Shown: piece after piece, positions 20,822 to 31,745 of the stretch
How the letters are laid out: every line of letters begins with the position of its first letter
How positions within the stretch are numbered: the first letter of the stretch is position 1
Source of the DNA: Stramenopiles sp. TOSAG23-2
Taxonomy: Eukaryota
Assembly: GCA_900128395.1 (NCBI GenBank)
Contig: LT649354.1
Coordinates: 1-33,996 of the forward strand
DNA length: 33,996 bases
Direction: 5' to 3'
Notes under the pieces: model-generated
What the model saw: the letters and a program-made list of their open reading frames with translations, nothing else
Databases searched by the model: none
What the model was told of the DNA's origin: nothing
Position numbers and translations under genes: made by a program

Positions 20822-22177
20822 ATGGTAGAAATGACACCAAAAGCGTTAAAAGATATATGTAAAAAGCATAATTTATATAGCACGCCATCGTTAAATGATA
20901 AACTATATTTACAATATAAAGGTTTTAGCGAAATACAAAACTTGGACGTATATACCGGATTACGTTGTGTATGGCTGGAAGGTAATGGCATACAACATAT
21001 CAAAGGGCTCGAAAAATGTACTGAGTTAAGAACATTGTACTTGCATGAAAATTGTATTGAAAAAATTGAAAATTTGGAGACGTTAGTTCTTTTAGATACT
21101 TTGAATTTGAATAAAAACTGTGTGCAAAAAATTGAAAATTTATCGATGTTACCAAATTTACACAATTTATTATTGTCACATAATAAATTATCAACATATG
21201 AGGACGTTGAGCATTTGAAAGATTGCAAAGGTTTGCAATCGATTGATTTGCAACAGAACAAGATAGATGACATACGTATTTTGGATTTGTTTAAACAAAT
21301 ACCAGATTTACGTGTTATATATTTACAAGGAAATCCAGTTATTAAAAAAATCAAACATTATCGCAAAACTATTACTGCAATGTTACCAACGTTGAAATAT
21401 TTGGATGATCGTCCAATTTTCCCAGAAGATCGTTTACGTGCTGAAGCATTTGCAAAAGGATTAGCAGAAGGTGGTGTCAAAGCAGGGCAAGCTGCTGAAC
21501 GTGCTGAGATCAAACGTCAACGCGAGGAGAAAAAAAGGAAAGAAGAAGAAAATTTTCAACAATTTGAAGAAATGTTACGAAATGCACGATTAGAACGTGA
21601 AGCAAAAAAAGCAGAAGAAGAGAAACAAAAGGAAGAGGCAGCAAAATTAGGCGCTACAACAACAACAACAACCAATAGCAAGGAAACAACAAACATGCCA
21701 TCTGCAATTGAAACGGCACAAAAAGGTGAAATGAATCCATTTTCTGGTGAAAAAGTTGTTCCAACAAAGGAAAATGAATTATTAAAACAAGCACGAGAGG
21801 AACGTGTCAACGAGTTGATGAAAGGTGCTGGTGCGCCACCACCTGCACCATCGACTGCAAAAACAAATGGAGTAGCACCACCACTTCCCCCTCCTAGTAC
21901 AAACAATGCCAAAACAACAAATAATAGCAATGTAGGTGAAAGTGAAAAAAATGATTCTGATATTTTTGGTGATGATGATGCAGATGATGATGCTGTCAAT
22001 AGTGCATTAGAACTTAATGCCGCTGCATATGGTGTAGACATGGATTCCATCCGACGTGAAATAGGCATTGTACGTCCAAAAACGGCAACAACTCAACCAG
22101 CAAAGAAGAAGGTGATGAAAAAAAAAGAAGTGGTAGTAGAAGCACCCGCAGAAACAGAAGTGGAAGAGTTGGATTAA
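20822..22177 (+). CDS. DNAAF1: Dynein axonemal assembly factor 1 (LRRC50/ODA7)
   Basis: Starts [50 protein letters not shown], followed by SDS22-like LRRs, the LRRcap YRKTIT...[17 protein letters not shown] and a coiled coil. Confidence 0.95.
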   Translation: MVEMTPKALKDICKKHNLYSTPSLNDKLYLQYKGFSEIQNLDVYTGLRCVWLEGNGIQHIKGLEKCTELRTLYLHENCIEKIENLETLVLLDTLNLNKNCVQKIENLSMLPNLHNLLLSHNKLSTYEDVEHLKDCKGLQSIDLQQNKIDDIRILDLFKQIPDLRVIYLQGNPVIKKIKHYRKTITAMLPTLKYLDDRPIFPEDRLRAEAFAKGLAEGGVKAGQAAERAEIKRQREEKKRKEEENFQQFEEMLRNARLEREAKKAEEEKQKEEAAKLGATTTTTTNSKETTNMPSAIETAQKGEMNPFSGEKVVPTKENELLKQAREERVNELMKGAGAPPPAPSTAKTNGVAPPLPPPSTNNAKTTNNSNVGESEKNDSDIFGDDDADDDAVNSALELNAAAYGVDMDSIRREIGIVRPKTATTQPAKKKVMKKKEVVVEAPAETEVEELD

Positions 22178-22475
22178 TTTACGACGTCGTACATTTTACG
22201 ACACAGAGAATATTAAAATAAAAAATTATATATATATATATATCATATACGAATTCGTAAAAATTATTTATTTTATTATTTTATATAAATCTTAATAAAC
22301 TAAAAAAATATATTGATTAATATTTATATATTGATAAAGCTTTAATAAATTATTTTTTAAAAAAATATTATAAAATACACACACACACGGTAGTGATATA
22401 TAATACACAACACATTTTATCTAATATCTCATAATAACAATATAACACACACACACACACACACATTTATAAATC

Positions 22476-23378
22476 TCATGCAGTTGCAATTTCCTGATGA
22501 TGATTTGATTGTGAAGTTGAATAATATGTTAATGAATCCATTATTTCTCGTATGCGTTTTAAATTTTTTAATAAGCCTAAAAGTCCTTCCAAGTCTTTAT
22601 TTGGTTTATCAAATGAATCCATTTCAATACTGTTATTTTTTCGCTGCTGTACATTCTTCGTCTTAGGTAATTTCCAATTATTAAATTCTTGCATGTTGCG
22701 ACTTAATAGATTCATTTCTTCTTTCAATGTAGTAGACGTTAATTCTGTTACACGTTTTATATCATCAATTGAAGGACGTTTTACTAAATTGCCTTTTTTC
22801 ACTTTTGCTAATTCATTTTCCAATTCAACAGTTTTTAATCTCATTTGGTGTAATTCATTTTTTAATCTTTCTAAATCTTCATGTATATATCTACCTTTTG
22901 AATCTATTAAATCTGCTTTACTGAATTCAGCTGAAATCATATCTTTAATATCTGGTGGAAAGACATTGCACTGTTTTGAAAATACGTCTTCCATATTTGA
23001 CGTGATTAAATCCATCAGAGCATCATCCGTTTGACTTGATATTCCATTATTATATGCTTTTATTGTTTCAATAAGTTGTAATAAATTTTCTAAATCTTCT
23101 TGCAATATTTGCTTTTTTAAAGTTGAGAGATTTTTTACTTTTTCAGAAGTAATTGCAACTTTCGGGACTCCCATCATATCAACCCAATCATGCAAGCGAT
23201 CTTCCGTCACTACGGTAACCTTTTCGCCATTATCTGGTATTTCTTGAAAACGTAAATACAACCAACGAAGTAGTTTGAATCTATCTGGTCCACGGTGTGG
23301 TGCCCTCAATACATGTGGTGGACAACCAATAGTAACTAATGTTTTCCTAATTGTAATTTTTAATTGTTCAATATTCAT
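22476..23378 (-). CDS. HAUS7: Augmin/HAUS subunit 7-like protein
   Basis: L..IGCP...GPDRFKLLRWLYLRF resembles recalled plant AUG7 GMERYALLEWLFFKL. DDALMDLITSNMEDVFSKQCNVFPPDI resembles AUG7 D..LID.I.EK...IFSEEC.LFPADV. A coiled coil follows. The ATG (MNIEQLK) is at 23378. Confidence 0.7.
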   Translation of the reverse strand: MNIEQLKITIRKTLVTIGCPPHVLRAPHRGPDRFKLLRWLYLRFQEIPDNGEKVTVVTEDRLHDWVDMMGVPKVAITSEKVKNLSTLKKQILQEDLENLLQLIETIKAYNNGISSQTDDALMDLITSNMEDVFSKQCNVFPPDIKDMISAEFSKADLIDSKGRYIHEDLERLKNELHQMRLKTVELENELAKVKKGNLVKRPSIDDIKRVTELTSTTLKEEMNLLSRNMQEFNNWKLPKTKNVQQRKNNSIEMDSFDKPNKDLEGLLGLLKNLKRIREIMDSLTYYSTSQSNHHQEIATA

Positions 23379-23954
23379 ATTGCAACGATTTGTAATCCTA
23401 TTTTTTAATATTATAAACAAAATAAAATATATAAAAGCAACTATAACTTGTAGTGATCTTGCTTTAGATATATATATTATCGTCGTCTACACACTTATCA
23501 CTCTTCACTCTTCTTCTTCTTTACATTTTTATTTCTTTTGAGAATTTTAAATTTTAAATTTTAAAATATATAAATAATAATAATAAAAATTATACCATTA
23601 AGGTAAATTAGAATTTTGAAGGATAGCGTTTGTACAAAATAAAACGTAAGCAATACCTTAATAATTAACACCTCTTCTTTTTCTACGTAGCTAGAGCTAC
23701 CTGGTATTTATATTATATTGTTTGCTATTACAGAGCTAGATACATGTTTGCCTTAATGAATTCAGACCCTAAATTGTGGTGGAATAGCACGACCATCTTG
23801 TATACTTTCACTACCTATCTGAATTACAGGGGATTTAGACGAGAGACGAGGACTAGAATCTGGTTAAGGGAAAATAAACTACAAGGCTTATATAGGCGTG
23901 AGCGTATGAGAGTGTATAAAACTGTAACAATAAGTAAAGCACTAAACTTCTATT

Positions 23955-23955
<1 letters not shown>

Positions 23956-23994
<39 letters not shown>

Positions 23995-24113
23995 ATTATT
24001 ATTATTTATTTTTTTTTTGTTGGCTGGTTGGCCTGGTTTAGGTTGGGATGTTGGGATTTGGGATTATTAATACCAGGATTATTGTGAAAAATTAAAAAAA
24101 AAAAAACAACAAA

Positions 24114-24156
<43 letters not shown>

Positions 24157-24166
24157 ATTATTATTA
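23956..24166. repeat. Two A36-37 tracts, each followed by GAATTATTATTA, flanking a segment whose first part is G/T-rich
   Basis: 23956-24004 and 24119-24166 are direct repeats. The spacer contains TTGGGAT three times. Confidence 0.8.
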
Positions 24167-24358
24167 GACTGTGCGACTGCACGAATGCCACAGGTTATTT
24201 ACAATTTGTATTATATTATAAATATTTTGCTAAAAAAGCTTTCGTGCGCTTGTTGGACAACACAAAAAAGAAACATTTTTTCTCCACCAATTGTGCGTGT
24301 AATTCAATTCAACAGAATACAATACAATTCAATTCAATTGATTACCACCATCACCAAC

Positions 24359-25714
24359 ATGAGCTCTTTGGCAATAAATATAGTGCCAGATGATAAAGTA
24401 TCGATAGTAGCAGGGCCGTTTACAGGAAACCCAATTACAGCAATGAATATATGTTGGGCCATGCCAGTAACAACAACTGCTAATAATGATAATAATAATA
24501 ATAATAGTAATAATAATAGGAATGATAAGACAAATAACAATGATATGAAAGATATCGATGGTGCAGTCATAATTGGACATGCTAATGGCGCTGCAAATAT
24601 TTATTCAGAAAATGCTTCAATATTGTCACAAGAGGAAGAGAGAAAACTAATGTTGCAACAACAAGATAGCGATGACAAGAATATTATTATAAAATGGAAA
24701 AAACAACGTATGCAACCACATCGTGTGTGGTTACGACGAAAAATAACAACAAAATTAGATGAAGCTATAGTCGGCATTGAATGTGATTGTACAAATTGCT
24801 ATCTAGTAGTTGGTATTAAACGAGCATTAGAAATCAATGTTTCAGATCGTAGGAAAGTAAAACAAACTAGTTTTCGTTTCGGAAAGAAAGTTTATGGCCC
24901 AAAACGAAGGCATAGTACTTTTGGTCATATTTGTAATAAAAAAATTGTATGTATACAATGTCAAGGCTCATCTTATTTTATAGATTATCAAAACAATACC
25001 GAAGGTTTAATATCTACATCAAAAATAAATATTGTACAGGAAGCATATATAAGTGATTTTGATGGCAATAAAATATTAGTAGTTGAAAAAGATGATGAAT
25101 CCATGGAATTTCGTATACATGTAGAATATGTTTTTGAGAAAGATGATGAGGAAGAAGATACTACAAATGATAATAATAATAATAATAATAATGATAATAC
25201 AAATACTACTACTACTACTGCTGATACTGATGATAATAATAAGGATGATGATAATGACGATGATGAAAGCGAAGATGAATTTGAAAATGTAGTATTGGAA
25301 TATAATTTAACCAGAGAACCATGGGGATTTAAATTAGTGTCTACAAATGCATTTTCAACTATTGAATCTGATCGTATTATTACTTTATTTCATTCAAAAA
25401 CATTGGAACAATTATATGAACCTTTAAAGTTGGATTCTAGAATAGTAACATTTACTGTTATTAAAAACAATAATCCAAAGAAACACATGTTATTGTTTAT
25501 TTGTCGTGATCACACGTTGAAACTGTATTTAAATGGTAAAATTGTTATGTCTAATTTATTGCCCAGTAATACTATTCATTCCTTTGCAATGAGTTTACCA
25601 TATTTATGTGTATGTGATATAAGTGTTCATGGTAAATTTTTTTATAATGATGATAATTACCTATATCAATATGGTATACCTGACGAGATGTTAAAAATTT
25701 TAACAACTGATTAA
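24359..25714 (+). CDS. Hypothetical protein, possibly a beta-propeller (WD40-like), with Asn/Asp-rich insertions
   Basis: Long ORF made of many short beta-strand-like segments (PITAMNI, VIIGHANGAANIY, LLFICRDHTLKLY). The likely start is MSSLAIN at 24359; the upstream in-frame ATG at 24185 is followed by UTR-like sequence. Confidence 0.7.
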   Translation: MSSLAINIVPDDKVSIVAGPFTGNPITAMNICWAMPVTTTANNDNNNNNSNNNRNDKTNNNDMKDIDGAVIIGHANGAANIYSENASILSQEEERKLMLQQQDSDDKNIIIKWKKQRMQPHRVWLRRKITTKLDEAIVGIECDCTNCYLVVGIKRALEINVSDRRKVKQTSFRFGKKVYGPKRRHSTFGHICNKKIVCIQCQGSSYFIDYQNNTEGLISTSKINIVQEAYISDFDGNKILVVEKDDESMEFRIHVEYVFEKDDEEEDTTNDNNNNNNNDNTNTTTTTADTDDNNKDDDNDDDESEDEFENVVLEYNLTREPWGFKLVSTNAFSTIESDRIITLFHSKTLEQLYEPLKLDSRIVTFTVIKNNNPKKHMLLFICRDHTLKLYLNGKIVMSNLLPSNTIHSFAMSLPYLCVCDISVHGKFFYNDDNYLYQYGIPDEMLKILTTD

Positions 25715-26109
25715 AACAAAATAAATACACTGTTGTGTGTGTGTGTGTGTGTGTATAGGAGAGAAAAAGGGAGTAGTTGATATAATACGCGTTCGTACAC
25801 ACGTAATAATTTAGTTTAACGCATCATTAATTTTTTTAGTTTTTTAATTTAAATCATGATTAATTCTATTATACTCTTCCAAAAGAATACAATAACTGAG
25901 GCAATAATATCTATCTCACACTCTCACACTAGGGTGTTAATGACTCTAATATTATATATGATATTACATGTATATAAACACACAAATAATTTTTTGTATT
26001 TCGTACACCGTATACATTTTTTAACAAAAGCACACGTTTTTAACTTACTACCCTCGCTCGCACGATGGGGTTGGCCGTACGCATAGTTACTATCTATATT
26101 TTTATTTAT

Positions 26110-27459
26110 TTATTTATTATAACTTGATAAATTATCTTGAACCATATTTCTTCCTGTAATATATTTTTCTGCTTCATGTGTATTCAATGGCAATACATCT
26201 TTAATTTCTTTATTCAACGGTTCTAAATGTAAATTTAAAGCAAATGTGAAATGAAAAACATTTGAAAGATACGACGTGCAATCTTCTGGATTGACAACAA
26301 ATGCTTCTGTTTCAACATGTACAATTGCATGTTCTCCACTACCTTCAATATTATTTGAGCTGTAACTCACATGGCTTACGAATTTAACTAAATTGCCAAT
26401 GTCAACTGGACGTTTAAATGTTACTCTTTCTAATTCAAGAAAATGAGGACGGCTACCACCAAATAAATAACATGTACTAAACGCAGCTTCAAATGCTCTG
26501 CGCATTAAAAATCCTCCAAATATTTTATTGTTCATATTTCGATGTTGAGGATGCATCAATGTTGTATTTTCTGTCCTGGTTCTATACATAGGCATCATAT
26601 TTCCATCTGCAAGCGCTGGCATATCCTTCATAATATTTGCTTGAGTTTTTAATTCTTGAATTTCATCTTTATGTTTTTTAATAGCTTCTGGATCTTCAGG
26701 AGCGTTTCTTAATGCCTTTCTTTCTTGATCTAATAAATCAAATTTATTATACAGTGCTTTTTCCTCCTCGGTTTCTGGCTCAATTCTATTTATTTCCATT
26801 GATTTACCAGTAGCAGGATTTCGTGCAACAAAAGTGAAATTTGCATCGATTAGCCGAGTATTACAATCAGCATTTGATAACACAAGGTTAATTACCATCG
26901 AAGAACGTCCAGTCCAAGCAACTGAACCTATTAAATCAATATCACAATCCATAGTAAACCTGTTTAACATTTTCATATTATCAACAGATGCTGTTACCAA
27001 TGACGGGAACATAGTGTTTGGATTATCATCTTTGCAATGATGAAATGCAACATTGCCTGCTAATGCATCTAAATCTTCAAGTACTCTACCATGACGTATA
27101 TATCCCCATGCATTTGCATATTGGTCTTTCAATGTTGGAGCTGTCTTAAATGCATATTGCATCTTTGTACGAGATTCAGATGGATTTTTCGTTAAAATTT
27201 CAGGCAATGATAATTCTGACAATTTCTCTTTAGTAATTGTTTCCATTTTTTTACTCGCTGATCGTTTTCTCCATAAAGTTTCAGTAATTGGAGAGTGATG
27301 CACGCCGGCAAAAAGATCTTTATCATCATTATTATTTGAGGAAGCAGCAGATGATGAAAAATAATATTTCAAATAATTTCTTGCAGTAGATGTTCCTAAC
27401 AAGGTAAATGATCCATAATTTTGTTTAAAACAATTTCTCGTTAGTTTTATCATCATCAT
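26110..27459 (-). CDS. ACOT9: Acyl-CoA thioesterase 9-like protein (double hotdog fold), probably mitochondrial
   Basis: Contains Y.NAWGYIRHGRVLEDLDALAG, LVTASVD, G.VAWTGRSSM, ANFTFVAR and HPQHRN.NNKIFGGFLMRRAFE..F.RPVDIG. The N-terminus is R/S-rich and transit-peptide-like. Confidence 0.93.
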   Translation of the reverse strand: MMMIKLTRNCFKQNYGSFTLLGTSTARNYLKYYFSSSAASSNNNDDKDLFAGVHHSPITETLWRKRSASKKMETITKEKLSELSLPEILTKNPSESRTKMQYAFKTAPTLKDQYANAWGYIRHGRVLEDLDALAGNVAFHHCKDDNPNTMFPSLVTASVDNMKMLNRFTMDCDIDLIGSVAWTGRSSMVINLVLSNADCNTRLIDANFTFVARNPATGKSMEINRIEPETEEEKALYNKFDLLDQERKALRNAPEDPEAIKKHKDEIQELKTQANIMKDMPALADGNMMPMYRTRTENTTLMHPQHRNMNNKIFGGFLMRRAFEAAFSTCYLFGGSRPHFLELERVTFKRPVDIGNLVKFVSHVSYSSNNIEGSGEHAIVHVETEAFVVNPEDCTSYLSNVFHFTFALNLHLEPLNKEIKDVLPLNTHEAEKYITGRNMVQDNLSSYNK

Positions 27460-28166
27460 TGTGATTACGACGAATGCGTTTTGTTATTATTGTTTTATCC
27501 TGTATTGCTAGTATGTAAGAAGATACGTGATCTTTTTTTTTTTATGAAGATACAATCTATATAAAGTTGCTAAAAAAATGGCCAAATGTGTGTGCGAAAA
27601 AGTGTGCCGAGCGAGATTTACCTTAACCTATTTAATGGACCTAAAGTACAGTAGGCGATTGAAATAGCATGGTATAGTCTACAAAAATGTGTGCTAAGCG
27701 GCGTATGCAGTATGCACGTATTTATTATACATGAACTGCATGTAAGAATACAAAATCACCCCAATCTCGTGGAGCCAGGTGAATACCATTAGAGGTAATC
27801 TAACACGTATGTAGATATAGGAGAGGAAAAAGAGGAAAATGAGGTGATCCTTTTTCGGTATTTCAAAAAAAAGAGGGGGTTGATTGTGTTTTTGTAAACT
27901 GTGTAGTGCTAATTAGACTAATACGCATGTTAATATTTACGCATGTAGCATGTAACGATGTGTAATTATAAATAGATATAAAATATGTACATATAAATAA
28001 AACATATACATTCATATTTGTACCAGATAGAAAGAAAGAAAACATACAAAAGTAGAAAACATTCTTGCTTATTGTACGTCATAAATATAATAAGAGTCGT
28101 CATTTGAATAACATATTTAAATATATTGAAACTATACCACATTTGGCCCAATTGAAACAAATAAAC

Positions 28167-28326
28167 AGTTTTAGAATTTGCACATTTTGCGATCATTCTA
28201 TCACACATATTAGAATATAGTTTTGGAATTTGCATATTTTGCGATCATTCTATATATCTATCTATCGCACAAATATAGTTTTGGAATTTGCACATTTTGC
28301 AATCATTCTATATATCTATCACACAT
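28167..28326. repeat. Imperfect minisatellite: three copies of a 35-bp core
   Basis: AGTTTTRGAATTTGCAYATTTTGCRATCATTCTAT occurs at 28167, 28219 and 28277, with related linkers. Confidence 0.9.
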
Positions 28327-28653
28327 CGTACGAATTGTACGTACGTAGAACGTACGAAATAAAAAAAAAATAAAAACGTAAAAACAAAATATATTACACA
28401 CTTTTACACACTTTTATTAAACTTTTAAAATTATTGCACACCTTACTTAACTCTTCACATTTTTTCTATTCGTATATAATCTTCTAATGGAAACAATATC
28501 ATACTTGTTTATTTTCTTTTAATATCGTACCAACTTCATTCATATCTCATACTGTGGATATAATTTTTACATGGCACACGCCCCTGTAATTCCATGCTAA
28601 TATATTTGGTAGTGTCTAGTATAAAAGATATAGGGTGGCACACGCTTTTTTTT

Positions 28654-28681
28654 TTCGGGCCGAAATGCATTTCGGCCCGAA
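28654..28681. other. Perfect 28-bp GC-rich palindrome
   Basis: TTCGGGCCGAAATGCATTTCGGCCCGAA is its own reverse complement. Confidence 0.95.
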
Positions 28682-28982
28682 TTTTCGTCAATTAAAATAA
28701 CACTATTTAAAATCGACTCTCAACACTACGAAGCATAAATCACCTACTATATAATATGTAATAATTACCACGGCGGCCGTTATTAAAATTATCCATAATT
28801 TTAACTTTTTGATATTATACAAAAGTGCAAAACAATACAAATGAATAAAGAAAAATATTCCAAAATGGATATTTTTATTATACTCTATAAATAATATCAT
28901 CATAAGAAGATAACAATCAATATATTAATAAGAAAAATTAACAAACAATAAAGCCAAATCTACACACACACACACACACACA

Positions 28983-30833
28983 ATGGCAGCGATGTTGCAA
29001 CAACAACCACGAATAGTGAAGAAAACAACGGTTATAGGAAAAAATGCTAGTACGACGTTAAAAGTACAAATTAATAAAACATATACTGGTTCCAACGCTG
29101 AAAGGCCAAAAGTTAGTCGCAGGGTACCAAATCCAAGCACAGAACAATTACATGATTATGTGAAAGTGAATAGAGCAGAGACACAACGATCACGGCCACC
29201 GGCTGGGACATTATTAAGACAAAAGCAACGAGAAAAAATACGTGTGAATCCTGTACCAGATAGAAATATACAAATGGCATCGTTTCATCATTATAATAAT
29301 AATAGACCAAATAGTGCTCGTAGTGAACTAGGAAATAATCGCCAGATTGTAAACAAGGCATGGGATAATAAAATAAACTCTTCCAAAAGTAAACATTCTG
29401 ACATACAAATATCGTTTAAAAACAATAAATACCAAAGACCCACACGATATGTAGACACGAAAAATACATTTGATAGACCAAAAACATCTAGAAATACCCA
29501 ACATCCATCAACTGAACAATATTATAATTATATTAATAATAATAGATCTACCAAACCATCTGATCTTTCACGCTCAAAAAATGAAATTCCACTTCGTGGC
29601 AAGCATTCTCGTGTAATGTCCATACGCCCAGAAGATGATAAAAATACACCACTTGTTTATGATGTTAAAGTTCCACGTGGTAAACAACAAAATATGCGAT
29701 ATAAAAACAATCGATCAGATCAAACATTAGGTAATAATTTTTCGACTATGGAAACAAATCGTAATCGTCGTTTTAATGATAATAGACCAAATACATTATT
29801 GGGGGAAAGTACACGTAAATTATCGAAACGATTTGACCGTGGTTATGTATCCAAAAGGAATAAAAAAAATAATAAGTTTTCTTCAAAGCAATTTTATGAT
29901 GAAAAAATGATAGTTGAAGTTAATGGTAGGCGTGGTGTGATACATTTTGAAAAATTGAAGTATAAAAAAGGAAATAATGCTGTACTATCCACGGAAGGGA
30001 AAAATGAAATGAAAAGTAATAATGATCTTTTTAAATGTCGGTCAAAAGATATCATGGTAACGACTGTTCCAAATCGTGGGGGAAGTGGAGTCAAAGATAA
30101 TGTATTAAAAAATGGATGGTTTAAATCAAAAAATGCTGCAGGGTATGACTCAGATTCAGATTATGATTCAGATGATTCACAAGAGAGTTGGAGACCAGCA
30201 TGGAATAGTTCTACAAAATTAGCAACTGGTTTAAAAAAACGTTTACATGGAGAATCAAGACGTAGCTTAAAAATTGTTAATGATAATAATAAAGCAGCCG
30301 TAAAAGCTGCATTACGACGTAAAGCAAAAAATCACAAACATAAGCATCATCGTAATCATAAAAAACATCATGACCACGACCATCATCACCACCATGATCA
30401 TAAGTATAAACACAAAAATAAAAAATATTCCGATGAAGATGATTATGATAGTTCTAGTCCAACAAGAAAAGTATATAGTAAAAAAAAGAAATATTCGTCT
30501 GCAGAAAGTGATTATTATACTTCCGAGGAAGAGGATAATCGCAGTAGGCGTCGTAATAATGAACGAAATAAGAAAAAAAAGAAAAAGTATTCATCTGATG
30601 AAGACGACGATGATGATGATTTTTGGTCTAGTTCTTCCTCTTCAGATGAGGATTCATATGATCGGTATAGAGCCAAGAAAAATAAAAATAAACAATCTGG
30701 CAACAATAAGGGTAAATTACAAGATAACAAAACAAGTATTGGTAGTTATGTGAATGGTTTAATCTATCGTAGTGATCGCTCATGGCCAAGTCAAACAATA
30801 CATCAATATGGTACAACTGGAGCCGGTTGGTGA
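28983..30833 (+). CDS. Basic, low-complexity (probably disordered) hypothetical protein with His-rich and Ser/Asp-rich tracts
   Basis: 616-aa ATG-started ORF. It has an internal duplication (RPKVSRRVPNPSTEQLHDYV / RPKTSRNTQHPSTEQYYNYI), a poly-His block and KKYS(S)DE repeats. Confidence 0.8.
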   Translation: MAAMLQQQPRIVKKTTVIGKNASTTLKVQINKTYTGSNAERPKVSRRVPNPSTEQLHDYVKVNRAETQRSRPPAGTLLRQKQREKIRVNPVPDRNIQMASFHHYNNNRPNSARSELGNNRQIVNKAWDNKINSSKSKHSDIQISFKNNKYQRPTRYVDTKNTFDRPKTSRNTQHPSTEQYYNYINNNRSTKPSDLSRSKNEIPLRGKHSRVMSIRPEDDKNTPLVYDVKVPRGKQQNMRYKNNRSDQTLGNNFSTMETNRNRRFNDNRPNTLLGESTRKLSKRFDRGYVSKRNKKNNKFSSKQFYDEKMIVEVNGRRGVIHFEKLKYKKGNNAVLSTEGKNEMKSNNDLFKCRSKDIMVTTVPNRGGSGVKDNVLKNGWFKSKNAAGYDSDSDYDSDDSQESWRPAWNSSTKLATGLKKRLHGESRRSLKIVNDNNKAAVKAALRRKAKNHKHKHHRNHKKHHDHDHHHHHDHKYKHKNKKYSDEDDYDSSSPTRKVYSKKKKYSSAESDYYTSEEEDNRSRRRNNERNKKKKKKYSSDEDDDDDDFWSSSSSSDEDSYDRYRAKKNKNKQSGNNKGKLQDNKTSIGSYVNGLIYRSDRSWPSQTIHQYGTTGAGW

Positions 30834-30950
30834 GGGAATATTAATAAAACATGTGTGTTTTTTTTTTCATGTGTGTTGTGTATAATATTACCACCCTTAT
30901 AAGCGATAAAAATAAATATAATATCACATCTTAGATATGATGTATGATAT

Positions 30951-31107
30951 GCAAAAGCATGGATGATGGCGCAGCAACAAGAACAACAAATGCAGATAAC
31001 AATCATTAAGAGGTGTCTCGTGCTTCTACAAATGCATGGGGGTGGATCGTGGAAGGGGTCGTGGTGCTAATAGTATGCCAGAATGGATGATGGCGCAGCA
31101 GCAATAA
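30951..31107 (+). pseudogene. Coding-like fragment with a duplicated WMMAQQQ motif
   Basis: The 18-nt sequence ATGGATGATGGCGCAGCA occurs at 30959 and 31083. Mini-ORF 31036-31107 reads MGVDRGRGRGANSMPEWMMAQQQ*. The first copy (AKAWMMAQQQEQQ) is in a different frame. Confidence 0.45.
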
Positions 31108-31525
31108 CAGCAACACAACAATTAAACCACAAAACTAGTACCCGCAAGTGCTTGGACTATTGGATACAAACTCATACGAGGAGTACATATTCTATGATTG
31201 CGGTGGAAAAGATCTTACTGTATATTAAAATACTTCTTGCGATAAATTTACCTTAAATTATTTAGCTTTGGTCCGACTTTAACTTTAACTTTTTTATTGC
31301 CAGGTGCCCAGAGAGAAATTAAAATGCTTTAACTTGTTTCTCGATGCACCGATCCAAAATATCAATTCCTCGCTTCTACGATTACGAGGTAGAGAGGATT
31401 CGGATCCTATATCTATGATACGAGACGTATGCACGTATCATGTACATGTAGAGTTAGCTAGCTACGACGCTCTAGCTACGCATATATAATCGTAGTCTAC
31501 TAAAGTTTACCGAAAATAACATCAA

Positions 31526-31745
31526 AAACTCCCCTTACGCTAATCTTGCCCAACAATACAGTCCTAGTACTCTGATAAAACTTTCTAAAACTTTCTAATA
31601 AGGCGTTTAGTGGGAGATTCCCCGCCCCTGAGTTTAAACTCCCCTTACGCTAATCTTGCCCAACAATACAGTCCTAGTACTCTGATAAAACTTTCTAAAA
31701 CTTTCTAATAAGGCGTTTAGTGGGAGATTCCCCGCCCCTGAGTTT
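31526..31745. repeat. Exact tandem duplication, 110-bp unit
   Basis: 31526-31635 is identical to 31636-31745. Confidence 0.95.

Noticed and set aside
23744-24070. 108-aa ORF with poly-Lys
   Set aside because: It runs through an A37 homopolymer in intergenic DNA and shows no coding signature.
28167-28326. CRISPR-like array (35-bp repeats with spacers)
   Set aside because: The linkers are only 17-23 nt and resemble each other, the context is eukaryotic and there are no cas genes. It is a minisatellite.
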